Source of the DNA: Mycoplasmatales bacterium
GTDB lineage: Bacteria > Bacillota_I > Bacilli_A > Mycoplasmatales > G963692675
DNA length: 64,000 nt
Assembly: GCA_963692675.1 (NCBI GenBank)
Contig: OY830043.1
Location: forward strand, 99,008 to 163,007
Reading direction: 5' to 3'
Shown: positions 26,035 to 38,276 of the stretch, in pieces
How the letters are laid out: each line of letters begins with the position of its first letter
How positions within the stretch are numbered: position 1 is the first letter of the stretch
Program-made: the position numbers and the translations under genes
Notes under the pieces: generated by a model
What the model was told of the DNA's origin: nothing
The model's input: only the letters and a program-made list of their open reading frames with translations
The model's database searches: none

Positions 26035-28020
26035 CTAATGGTTTATTGCTCGCATGAAGTGATGTCAAATAAACTTACCATAAAAAATGACTAGAGGAAG
26101 AAGTAAAATAACCCCTCCTTCTAATGCTCCTAAAGCAATACCAGCATCACTGTCTCCTCATGTTACACTTAATGAAATAAGGAGTGCTCCTAATATTATT
26201 GATGCTCCAATAAGAACTACGTTTTTTCTAATATATCTAAGTGCTCCTTGTGCTCCAACTCTTCTTTTGGCAATGTGACAAAGTTTTTCCCTTCTTTCTG
26301 GGGTCATTTTTCTTCGAATAGGAACCTTTTTGCCTTGAGCTCTTAATCTGGCATTATTAATTCTACCACTAAGAAGAATAAATGGTGTTCAAATAACCAT
26401 TGCAATCAATAAGTTGGCAACTGCTAATAATAATCCTTGATAAGCAAAACCGGTAGCAAATAATCCTCCTATTCCCGCGGGTATTGTTCAAGGTATTTGA
26501 ACAATAGTTGGTGGGACAGCTTCAAATACATCAAGTGCTAAATAGGTAGAAACTACCAAAATTGGCATTGTGAACATTCAAGGAATTACATAAACTGGGT
26601 TTGCAACCATTGGTACACCAAAAGTTACAGGTTCATTAATTTGAAATACTCCTGAAGGTAATGCAAACTTTGCAACCTCTACTTCTTCTTTTCGACGTTT
26701 TAAAATCATTGTCATAAAGATTCATCCAAGAGTAGCACAGGTTCCACCTAGGAAAATATATGCATCAAATGTTCCTCCTACAAAGGCAGGATAATCTGCA
26801 CTAACAACTGTTGGATCACCTACACCAGCAGCTTTATTATCAATGTTTTGTAGTAACAATGGTAATCAAAAAACAAAAACTCCATTAACAATATTGGTTC
26901 CATGAAGACCAAAGAATCAGAAAAAACCAATTAAAAAGACATATAGAATAGCTAACCCAAAATTAGCTGATGGATCTGATGCCAGCTTTAAGAATGGTTC
27001 TTGAAGCCCGATATTCATTGCGTCAGCAAATGTTCATCCATTTCCGCCATTAACTACTTTATCTACCTCATAGAATTTAGCAATAGGGCGATAAATTGAT
27101 ACAATTCGATCTCCTGCTGCATTCATTTCTCATGCTTGACGAGAATATCCTTCTAAAGCACTTGGTGCTGCAGTAAGGTCAGCTACTGTGCCTGATTGTG
27201 TTACAACTGATGTAGTTTTACCTAATTCATGAGTTGTTCCAGCTCATAGTGTTTGAACCTTATCAATATAAGTTGGATCAGTTACCTGTTCAAAATATTG
27301 TTTTGATTCAGTTGCTGTTGCATCTGTTAAATATGTTGGTACAATGAAAATTGCATTTAAAGCAGCAATAATTATTGCTGTTAAAATGACTGGTATCATT
27401 TTTGAAAAAGCTTTTGCAACAGCAGGTGGTACTCCTTCAGGTAAAGATATTAATAATTTATCCACCTTACACAAAGAAACAAAAACTTCTGTTGCAACAA
27501 TTCCTACAACCAAAGAAGCAAAAACTCCTGAAGTTCCATAAAAAGATGTTTGGCCACCAGTAGCTATTACAAAACAACCTAATGCCACTAATGCTGCCAT
27601 AACAGGATGTTCAAATCTACGAGATCTTGCCAAAAAATAACCTAATGCTAAAGGCAGGTAAATTGAAATACTGCCTAAAGTACCTGAAAAGATACTAGCG
27701 GAAACAACAGTTCCTAAAATTCTAGAATCATAGAAAGCTAATGATGCCCCACTGGTTTTTGCAACTGCAGTATTTGATCATTCAGCAAATAAACCATGGA
27801 TTGATGATTGGTGTGCTCCTCAGCCACCAAACACAACAGTAATTACTAAAACTGCAACAGCTCCAGCAATAATTAAAGGTGTAATTAGAGCAAAGCCATC
27901 TCTTATTGAAGATAGGTGCCGCTGATTACCAATTTTGGCCATTGCGGGCACAAGTTTCGTATTAAGAAATTCATCTAAGCCTCCCGATTTCTTTTTTAAA
28001 GTCTGATGTTGTTCACTCAT
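26035..28020 (-). CDS. PTS cellobiose/chitobiose-family EIIC permease, enlarged (661 aa)
   Basis: I translated 27244 down to 26035 codon by codon: only TGA interruptions, with a TAG stop at 26035. ATG at 28020 lies 5 nt after GGAGG. Has the typical EIIC N-terminus (LVPAMAKIGNQRHLSSIRDGF). Confidence 0.85.
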
Positions 28021-28499
28021 ACTTACCTCCATAAATTACTTTATATTATTTTACTATAAAAAAAACCAAGCTGTAAAATTTTACAATATTAAGTAATAAT
28101 GGTTTTCATTATACTTGTTATTAAAAATCTTTTTTTACAACTAAAATTAAAAAAAATTAAAAAAGTGCTAGTTTATCTATCTTGAAATTTATTAACCATA
28201 CATAATAATTTACCTGCAAAAAAGAGTTAGAATTAATGTTTAATTAAAGTAGGAAATTACATAAAGTTAAAGTAGGTAGCAATAAATAAATTGTAGTATT
28301 ATTTTAAGAATGATTAAAAATAAAAAAACACCTTTAAAAATATCAGTAGTTATATTTCATATATAATCCTTAATTAGATTTAATGCTGATTCTTTTTTAA
28401 CATTAAAAAAAGTAAATAATGATTCCAATCAATTAACTAGAATTTATATCAATACATATTGAATTATTAAATAATTTTCTTATTTATAATTAACCAAAA

Positions 28500-29885
28500 C
28501 TAGATTTTTACATCAACTTCTTTTTGCATAATGATGTCTTTAAACCAATATGCTGATTTTTTTGGAATGCGATTACCTGTTTTCAAATCTAGTCGGAAAA
28601 CTCCATAACGATTTTTATAAGCATTTAATCATGATCAATTATCAATATAAGTTCACATAGAATATCCACAACAATTTGATCCTTCAGCAACTGCTTTTGC
28701 AACTCAGGCTAAATGTTCCCCATGAAACTGAATACGATAATCATCTTGTACTTGACCATCTTCATTAAGAAGTTTTTCCTCACCTTCAACACCCATACCA
28801 TTTTCAGTAATCATACATTTAATATTGTTGTAATGATTTTTTAGAGTCATTAAAACATCATAAATTGCTGGAGGATAAATTTCCCATCCCCTGGAAACAT
28901 TCATTCTTGCCTTGGGTCAATGATATAAATTAAAAAAACTAGAGAAATCAAGTTGATCATTATTTAAGATAGCTTTCGGTGCACAAACCCGAGATGGTGC
29001 ATAATAATTTATCCCAATTAAATCTACAATCCCCTTTTTAATTAATTCCTGATCACCTTTTTCTTTCTTAATACTAATATTTTTACTTTTAAGTAATTCA
29101 AAAAAATAATTGTCATATGCTCCCTTGATTGCTGGCTCTAGAAAACAAATGTGTAATAAATGGTCAGCATTATTTGCTGCTAATACATCCTCAGGACTAT
29201 TTGTTTTAGGAATTGGATGAAGTAAATTTAAAATAAGTCCTATTTCGCCATCTTTTATTTTTTGTTTACGGAATTCTTTAACAGCTAAAGCATGAGCAAG
29301 AACTAAATGATATTGAACTTGATAACATCGTTTAAAATCCTTTACACATGGATAATGTTTATCTAATAAATAACCACAAGTTGCAACAACAATTGGTTCA
29401 TTAAATGTAAATCATATTTTTACTCGATCAGAAAAAAGTTCAAAACAACGCTTAGCAAAAACCCCAAACAAACGAACAACTTCTCTTGATTCTCATCCTC
29501 CTAATTTTTGAGCTCACATTGGCATATCAAAATGAAATAAATGTAATATAGGTTTAATTCCATGCAAAATCATTTCATTGATTAAATTATTGTAGTGTTT
29601 AAGGGCCCGTTTACAAATTCTTTTTCCATCTGGAAATAAACGCGACCAAGAAATAGAAGTATTAAGAATTTTGTATCCCAATCACTTAGCTAATTTAATA
29701 TCTTTTTTATAATGTATGGAACTGTGATTTAATACTGGTTGTTGTTGATAAAAACGCTCCGGTTCCTTTTTATATCAATATGATCAGATATCATCTACTC
29801 TACCAGGTCCTTTATCAAAGTTATATATTTGGGGAGAACAAGTTGAGGAACCAAATAAAAAATTCTTAGGAAATTTATAAATCAT
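28500..29885 (-). CDS. GH1 6-phospho-beta-glucosidase
   Basis: ATG at 29885 follows AGGAGG. GH1 motifs are present: TFNEP (acid/base Glu) and ITENGMG (nucleophile Glu). 461 aa. Confidence 0.88.
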
Positions 29886-29932
29886 TTTTCCTCCTTAAAT
29901 AACATAATCCATTTAATTTTATTGAAATTTTT

Positions 29933-32593
29933 TTATAAATCAAATCATGTTGCACCTGTTTTTCCAATAGTAACCAAAGGTACTTTTAGTTTTACAACAT
30001 TATTCATAATTTCAATTATTTTTTTTTCCATTTGTAAAAGGTAATCTTTTTTAATTTCAAATATTAACCCATCATGAATTTGAGCAATCATCAAACAATC
30101 TTGATTCACTAATTTATCATTTATTTCCTTCATTGCTAGTTTTATAATTTCTGATTGACTTCCTTGAATTCGGGCATTAATAGCTTCTCGTTCAGCAGCT
30201 TGCCTTATAAATGCATTACTACTATTTATATCATAAAGGTATCTTCGACGCTTAAATAAAGTTTCAACATATTGATGTTTTTTACAAAAAGTTATGGTTT
30301 CTTCTTTATAACTAGTTATTCCCTTATATGTTTGATGATATGCATTAATAAAATATTTTGCTTCTTTCATACTAATTTGTAAATCGTTTGCTAATGAATA
30401 TGCTTTCATTCCATAAATAATACTAAAATTTATTCTTTTCGCAATATGTCGTTCTTTGTTTGTGATTTGGGTTAAATCTTTATTAAATAAAGCAGCTGCC
30501 GTTAATTTATGTACATCTGCTCCATTTTTAAATGCATCTAATAACTGTTGATCATTTGACAAATGAGCCAGGATGCGTAACTCTATTTGTGAATAATCTG
30601 CCGAAAAAAGAATATAAGAAGGATCCTGAACGTTAAGAGCTTTCCGAAATTCTTTCTGTTTTTCATTTCTTGCAAAAATATTTTGAATTGATGGATTAGA
30701 AGTAGAAATTCTTCCTGTAGCCGTTCTCATTTGATGATAATATGGAAAGACTCTCCCATTAATGTTTTTTTCTAAAAATTGACAAATATATGTTGAAAAT
30801 ACCTTTTTTAATTTCCGGTATTCAATAATATGAATTATTATTGGATGTTCAGTAGTTAATTTTTCTAATACTTCAATATCAGTTGAACGTTTTTTTTGGG
30901 GCATTAAGCCTAATTTATCAAATAAAACAGTACTTAATTGTTTGGGTGAATCCAAATTAAACTCACCAATTCCTTCTTCATTACACAATTTTATAACTTG
31001 TTTTTTTTGCTTTTCTAATTTTTCTTCATGAAGTTGTTTTTGTTTCATGAGAAAATCAAAATTAACATTAACTCCATTTATTTCCATTTTGGCTAAAACA
31101 AAAGTTAAGGGTAATTCAATGTCATGATATAAGTGATAAATATCATTGTAAGTTTTAAGTTGTTGAAATATTTCTTTTGATATTATTCTCAAAGCATGTA
31201 CTGCTTTTATTAAGGCCTTTTTTTGTACTTGCTTATCTATCTTGACATTTTTCATAACTGCTTCAATATTACTAAAGTTCTTTTTTAAATACTCAAGTTC
31301 GATATTTTTTATGTTATTTTTAACTTGGGGAAAAAGTAAATGGAAAACTAATTTTACATCATTAATCAATGCATTGACATGAGTGATATGTAATTTGTTA
31401 ATAAAATAATAAAATTCTTTTGATGAATTTATGTAAATTGTGGTTTCATTAGTTTTATTACTTAATAGTGTAATAAACTCTTGATTATTTAGTAAATCAA
31501 AAATATTGCAAATAACAACCTGATTATCATAAAGAAAAGCAGCATTATCATGCTTACTCTCAACAAAAAAAGGTTGTTTTTGTTCAGGATAATGATGATA
31601 TTGGTCTGGATCTCAATATATAAATAGAGTGTAGTTTTTATTCCCTTTTTGATAATGAAAATTCTCTAATTTTATTTCATTATAATTTGGTTGAAATTCC
31701 TTAGTTTCTGGTTTTTCTAATTGAATAGCTATTCTGGATTTTTTCAACTTAAATGAAACTATTCCATAATTTCTTAAAAAATCATAAATTTCTTTTTCAT
31801 TAACTTCCTGAATTTTAAAATCTTTGATTGTTGAATTAATTTCAAAATCACTAGTAATGGTAATTAAAGTTCTTGTTAAATCCAAATGATTTTGAAACTG
31901 CTTGAGAGATGTCTGAAGTCTTAATGGTAATTCATCAATATGAGCTAATAGATTATCAAGAGTTTGATACTTTGTTAATAATTTAATTGCTGTCTTGGGT
32001 CCTATTCCTTTAGCTCCTTTAATATTATCTGAATTATCACCAATTAAAGCTTTATAATCAAGAAATTGTTCTTTTTCTAATCCAAGTAATTGCTTAAAAT
32101 TATCTTTGGTAAAAACAACATCATTTTTGATTGATTTTTTAATTAAATGAACAACTGTTTTTTTTGAAACAAGTTGCAATAAATCCCGATCTGATGTATA
32201 AATGATAGCATTTAATCCAGCTTGTTCACTTAATTTTGCTACCTTAGCTATGACATCATCTGCTTCATAACCATTCTTGTACAAGAACTTCAAGCCACGT
32301 AGGCTAAGGTATTTTTCAATAATTGGAAATTGCTTAATCAGATCAGGAGGGGTTTCAATTCTGGTTGATTTATAATCCTTAGTTAAGAGATGCCGGAAGG
32401 TTTTGGTTCTACTATCTCCAGCAATAAGGACATATTCTGCATTATAAATTAATGGTTCTAGCATTTTTATAAAGGTAACTATTGCATTCGTCGGAGTTCC
32501 ATCTAATGCTCGTAGTCTTGTGTAAACTGAACCATAATAAGCACGATAAATAAGTGATAATCCATCGATAATAATAATGGTATTTTTTTTCAC
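29933..32593 (-). CDS. polA: DNA polymerase I
   Basis: Fragments 31613-32593 (5'-nuclease domain) and 29945-31369 are in frame. Polymerase motifs DYSQIELRILAH, KRINFSIIYG and QIHDGLIF are present. Confidence 0.92.
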
Positions 32594-32644
32594 TAGTATG
32601 TCCCTAAATTAACTAATACTTACCATAAATAATGAATTTAAAAT

Positions 32645-33535
32645 TTAATTATTTTGTTTAATATAAGATTTTAACATATTTTGTAGATGCAAAAAATCTA
32701 AAAGTGCTTTTTCCCGATTTAGTATTATTGATTCCTCACCCTTTTTATAAACTAATGCTCCTTTTTGCACCTCACTTCATGATTTCTTTGCTAAGGCTGG
32801 GAGCTTAATTACATTTACATAATAATTCTTTAAAGCTTGATTATGTTGTTCTCGCTCTTGTTCAGTAAAGGTATTTTCCTGATAAACATTTTCAAAAACA
32901 TCAACTCTATTTGGAAATTTAGGTTTAGGAGGAATAACTTTGGTTTTCTTGCCCATTATTACACCACAAGCAATAAATGTTCCTTCAGGTAATTTAAACA
33001 ATTCTTTCAATTCTAAGAAACTATTCTCTCCTTGATCATTATAACTACCAGCTTTTAAGGCACCAATACAAGTAGCACCAATGTCCATTGATTCACCTTG
33101 AATAATAGCTGCCATCATTGATAACCCAATATTTAGTAATGAGGAGGTCAGTGGTGAAAGATGCTGTTCAGTTGCTGATTCCTCAATGGCTGATTTGAGT
33201 TCAATAGTTCTAGTAAAATCAACAACAAAAAGTAATAATACTCCTGCATTAGCAATGTATTTTTGATTACATCACTTTGCAACTTGTTTTTTTCTTTCTG
33301 CATCAATAACTTTAATAATAGAAAAGGAATGACCATCCATTGAAGTAGGTGCTGATTTAGCAGCCATAATGATTCTATCTATTTCATCTTTTGATAATTC
33401 ATTTGAAGCAAATTCCCGATGAGATGCTCGTTGTTGTATAACATTCATGACAATTTCATTATTTTTTTTAATTAACGGTTCAGATGACTTTACTGCTTTT
33501 TTAAATACTCCATCTACAAGTTTTTTAAAATTCAT
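32645..33535 (-). CDS. nitroreductase-family NAD(P)H-flavin oxidoreductase
   Basis: Fragments 33272-33535 and 32777-33118 are in frame and extend to a TAA at 32645. Has RASHREF...IIMAAKSAPTS, typical of the family. Confidence 0.7.
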
Positions 33536-33613
33536 AAATTTCTCCTTAAATACACTTTAATTATAAGTTAATGAAATTAACAGGCATATTTAATTTGAAA
33601 GATACCTTTTTTT

Positions 33614-34063
33614 TTATTTCTTTAAGTACTTAGATAAAAAGGATGTTTTTATTAATAAAGCATTGGAAATGTCTTTATAAATATCAGTTATTGGCATTGA
33701 TGATAATGCCGCTCCTAATGCAACAACTGATCCTTCAACAATTGGTCCATCTGACATTCATATTCGCTCTTTTTGATTATCATCTAGAAAATCTAAAGCG
33801 GCCTCCATTGACATTAATGCACTACCTAAATCCATTAAGACAATTACTGCTTCTACATTTGGTTGTTTTTTAAATATGTCTTGAATTGCTTTAACAATAA
33901 GCATTGGATTTGTTCCAATGGGATTATCTACCTCTCCTGTTCCCCCTGCACAAGCAATAGGAATATTATCATGATTCATTTGTGATAATAATTCCAACAG
34001 ACCCGTTAACAAAGTCTGGCTATGAGAAACTAGTACAATCCCTAATCTAGGCTGCAGCAGCAT
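33614..34063 (-). CDS. dhaM: dihydroxyacetone kinase phosphotransfer subunit (EIIA-Man-like)
   Basis: Contains GIVLVSHSQ with the phospho-His region. Extends through a TGA to a TAA at 33614. Follows dhaL. Confidence 0.75.
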
Positions 34064-34688
34064 AGATTGCTTTTTTTAATCCAAGAATTATGTAATAAGA
34101 TGAGGTTGCTCCTGGATCTTGATGTCCCCTGCTTCTTTCGCCAAGATAGCTTGCCCGGCCTTTCTTAGCAATTAAGGGGATCGTTTTTTTTGCATTATCT
34201 TTTGCTTCTTTAACTAAAAGATCCATAATCTCTGTTAATTTCATTGCACTGTTTTTTTTTCAAGTTTCAATAAAAGGGACTCAAACATCAATCATTGTTT
34301 TATCACCTACACTAGCACGTCCCCGCCCAATAATTCCTTGAACTCCCGCCTCAAACAATTGAATGAAATCATTCACTTGAACTTTATTAATACCTGGATC
34401 AATTTTTTTACTCATTTGCAAAAACAAATTAGAATATAACATTCCTGAAGCACCGCCTACCTTTGACATTAAAATCATGCCCGCATTTCTCAGCAAACCT
34501 TTTATATCAAATGGAACATTAACTTCATGCATTTCAATGACAGTTCGAAAACCTTTAGCTATATTTCTCCCATGATCAGCATCACCTATAGGTGCATCAA
34601 GCTCAGTTAAATAACTTTCCTTTTCGTTTAATATTTCTGAAGCTAATTTAAATCAATTTAAGAGCGTTTTTTTATCAATAATTAACAT
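34047..34688 (-). CDS. dhaL: dihydroxyacetone kinase ADP-binding subunit
   Basis: Fragments 34281-34532 and 34047-34244 join an ATG at 34688. Motifs LDAPIGDADHG and GGASG are present. Confidence 0.85.
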
Positions 34689-35761
34689 CCATGATCTCTT
34701 TTTATTGCTGGAACAAAGACTGGATCATCTCATAATGCAAGAGTGCTAAGACTTCTATTTACTCGAAGTAAAGTAATTGAAAAACCTTGCATTTCTAAAG
34801 AAGTAATATAGTTTCCAATAAGATTTCGTACAATTTTCATTTTTCTTTCTTTTAGAATTTTGTCAACCTCACGATAAACTGCATATAGTTCAGAAACAGG
34901 AGTTCCTCCCATTCCATTAACCATCACAATGAATTCATCTCCTTCTTTAAATGCAGTAGTTGTAATTTCCTTTTCTTCAAATTCTCCTTTTTCATTGTTA
35001 AATTCTCTTACTTTTCTAGTGTAATCTTGATCATTAAGAATTTCTGTCATCATTAGTTCAACAATTTTATCAACTGTTGTGTGTTTAATTCTTTTTTGAC
35101 CAGGTTCGCCATGAATTCCAATTCCGATTTCAATTTCATCATCTGGAAGATCAAAAGTTGGTTTTCCATGTGCAGGAACTGCACAAGAAGTAAGAGCCAT
35201 TCCCATTGATCTACCATTTGTATTAACTCATCTTGCTAAATCAGCTAGACTTTTTAAAGAGTATCCCCTTTCTGCTGCTGCACCAACAATTTTTTCCATC
35301 AATATTGTTAATCCTACTCCTCTTCTACCTGCAGTATACAAACTGTCCTTAACAGCAACATCATCATCAACAAGAATTGTTTGTACTTTTATGTTTTCTT
35401 CATGCAACATTTCTGCAGCCTGTTCAAAACTAAGGACATCACCAGTATAGTTTTTTACAATAAAAAGCACACCAAGTCCTCTATCAGCAGCTTTTCCCGC
35501 TGCAATCATTTGATCAGGAGTAGGTGAAGTAAATACTTCCCCTGGGCAAGCAGCATCTAACATACCATAACCTACATATCCACCATGCATAGGTTCATGA
35601 CCTGATCCTCCACCAGAAATCACTGCTACCTTTCGTTTATTTCGATGTTTTCTCACAATATAATGGGGACTTATATGCACATCAATCGAACTGTGTGCTA
35701 CTCTCATCCCTTCTAATTGTTCTTTAACAACATCTTCCACTTTATTGAATAACTTTTTCAT
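34682..35761 (-). CDS. dhaK: dihydroxyacetone kinase DHA-binding subunit
   Basis: Fragments 35228-35761 and 34730-35206 are in frame. Has [10 protein letters not shown] and the conserved His region. The stop overlaps the dhaL ATG. Confidence 0.9.
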
Positions 35762-35826
35762 ATATCCTCCTTTCCTTTATATTATTATAATTAAAATTTC
35801 TAAAATTGAAAATTTTTACATTTTGG

Positions 35827-36177
35827 TTATTTAGTTAATGAAGGAGAAATTACAACTTTTTCATTCTTATTTTTCAATATGGAAATTTCTTCTAATTTAT
35901 GAAGTAGTTTTTTTTGTCCTAAATATAATAATATTGATCCAATAATGGTAGGAATTGCTAGAACTATTAGACAATAGGCCATTAACATACTAAATTTCTT
36001 TGCTCCTTCAATTGCTTGTGAATAATTTAAATAACTAGATAAAAAAAATAAGAAAAGAAAAATTAAGGGAATAAATAATCATAATAAATAAATATTTTCA
36101 ATAAAAATCAATGCTGTTATTGATGCAGTTATATAACAAAATAATGTATAAAAAAAACCAATTCTAAATACTTTCAC
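35827..36177 (-). CDS. possible small membrane protein (116 aa, GTG start)
   Basis: An open frame occupies the position where pstB would be expected. It is hydrophobic with no motif. It could be spurious in AT-rich DNA. Confidence 0.3.
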
Positions 36178-36193
36178 TGATATCTTTTATATT

Positions 36194-38245
36194 TTACTTC
36201 AAGCCTGTTTTTTTTGTTACATAATTACTTAGAAAATAACTTAGTATGTTGAGTACAATAATTATTACAACACAAAAAAAGGCTGCCTCATAGGCTAATA
36301 AATAATCTTTATTACTGCTTGAAAAAGCAATATTAGCATATATTCGAGTAGTTAGTGTTTGTCCATTTTCTAATAAAGTTTTTCCTGGGTTGGGAAATCA
36401 AGGACGGTTTGGCGATAATCCCATGGTTAAATAAAGTGGTGCTGTTTCTGATAAAATTCTTCCAACAGTAAGAATTACCGAAGTTGAAATGCCAATAATT
36501 GCTGCTGGCACCATAATTTTATAAATTACTTTTCATTTTGGAATGCCTAAAGCAATAGCTCCATTTTTATAATCATTTGGTACATTATTTAATGCCGCTT
36601 CTAATGATCGAATTAGGGTTGGTAAAACAACAATCATCATTGTTAATGCTCCAGCCATCATTGATGAGGAAAAAACAGATTTTTCAGGATTATAAATGTT
36701 TAATGTTTCAATGAAAAATACTAAACCAAAAATCCCAAAAAAAATTGAAGGAGTTGCCCCTAAAGCATCAATAAAAAACTTGGCAATATGAACTGCTTTT
36801 GAATTAGGACGAGCATATTCTTTCATATATACAGCACACAATAAAGCAATGGGAAATGAAAGTAAAATAACGATTCCAATCAAAATTAATGTGGAAACAA
36901 TAGTTGCTCCAATACTATTACCTACAACATTTGAATTAGCTGTCCCAAAAAAATAGTTTGTTTGGCCAAATACTTGGGCTCCTTTAATTAATACTGTATC
37001 AATTATGATTCAGCTAACAAATGAGGCTACAAATATAATTGCCAGAAGTTCTAAAAAAAACTTTATTGATGAAGTAATTCTTCTTAATAAATCCCACCGC
37101 TGACTAATTGTGATATAGAGAGAAAGCTCATCATCAAAGGGTAATTGTTTTACATTAGGATTTTTTTTATCAGATTTACTAGTAATTAAGAAATTATCAG
37201 AAACTGTTGGGAAAAATGCGTGTCTTCCTCTTCTTACTTCTAATTTTAAGAGCTTGTTTCTTCCCCCAATTCTTGTTTTAGCTTGGTCCTTGTATTTATT
37301 TAGAATTTGTTGTAATGTTTGCCTTCAAGAATAATCTTTAGTATAGCCTAAAATAAACACATTTAAAACAAAAACCATAACAAAAAAGGCAATTCCTCCA
37401 GCAAAAAAAGCTCCTCGTAAACGAGGAATAATTTCAGCATTTGCATCTCCACCTAAAAAATCCCGCGCCATTAAAGAAGCTAAAGTAGGGGTAGAATTAT
37501 TAAAAAAACCACTGATTCCAATATTGTTATAATTAGTTGCACTTCCCTGAAGAATAATTGATAAAGCCATTGATTCCCCAAGAGCTCTTGTTGTGGCAAT
37601 AATGATTCCAATAATTATTCCCTTCTTTGCTGCTGGTTTGATGATTTTATAAATAATATTTGAACTTGTTCCGCCTAAAGCAATAGCAGCATTTCAGTGC
37701 TGCTTTTTGGCAGCATATAATGCATTGATTGATAATGAGGTTATCATGGGAATGATCATAAATGATAATGTAAAAAATGCAGTTAATAAGTTTCGGGATG
37801 ATTGCATTCCAAATAGGTTTTGCAGAAATTCTCCAAAAATAGTTAACGAAAACATCCCAAATACAATTGATGGAATTCCTGCTAATAAATCTATTATTCC
37901 TTGTAATATTTTTTTAAAACTTTTTTTCTTTATTCGAAAAACAATAAATATGGCACACCTAACTGATAAAGGAATTGCAATTAGCAAAGCAAAGAAAGTT
38001 GTTATTGCTGTCATCAATAATGGAATTGCTAAGCCATAATGATCTTTTGCTACATCATATTTTGTTCCAAATATTACATCCAAAATGATATTCTTACGAT
38101 TAGCAGTAGGATCTACTTTGATAATCATAAAAATAAGAATAAGAAACATTATTGTTAATGCAAAAATTACGGAAATAATTGATACACCTTTTCAACTAAA
38201 ATTTGCCAATAAGTTTATATTTCGTTTAACACTTAATTTTTTCAT
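36194..38245 (-). CDS. pstA: phosphate ABC transporter permease, fused PstC-PstA (683 aa)
   Basis: Fragments 37694-38149, 37325-37570 and 36533-36883 share one frame and are joined by TGA codons. Two permease halves each carry an EAA-like loop (ALGESMA; ALGIPKW...). Fused PstCA is usual in Mycoplasma-type genomes. Confidence 0.8.
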
Positions 38246-38276
38246 TATTTATCTTTTATTTGCAAAAAAACATTTT

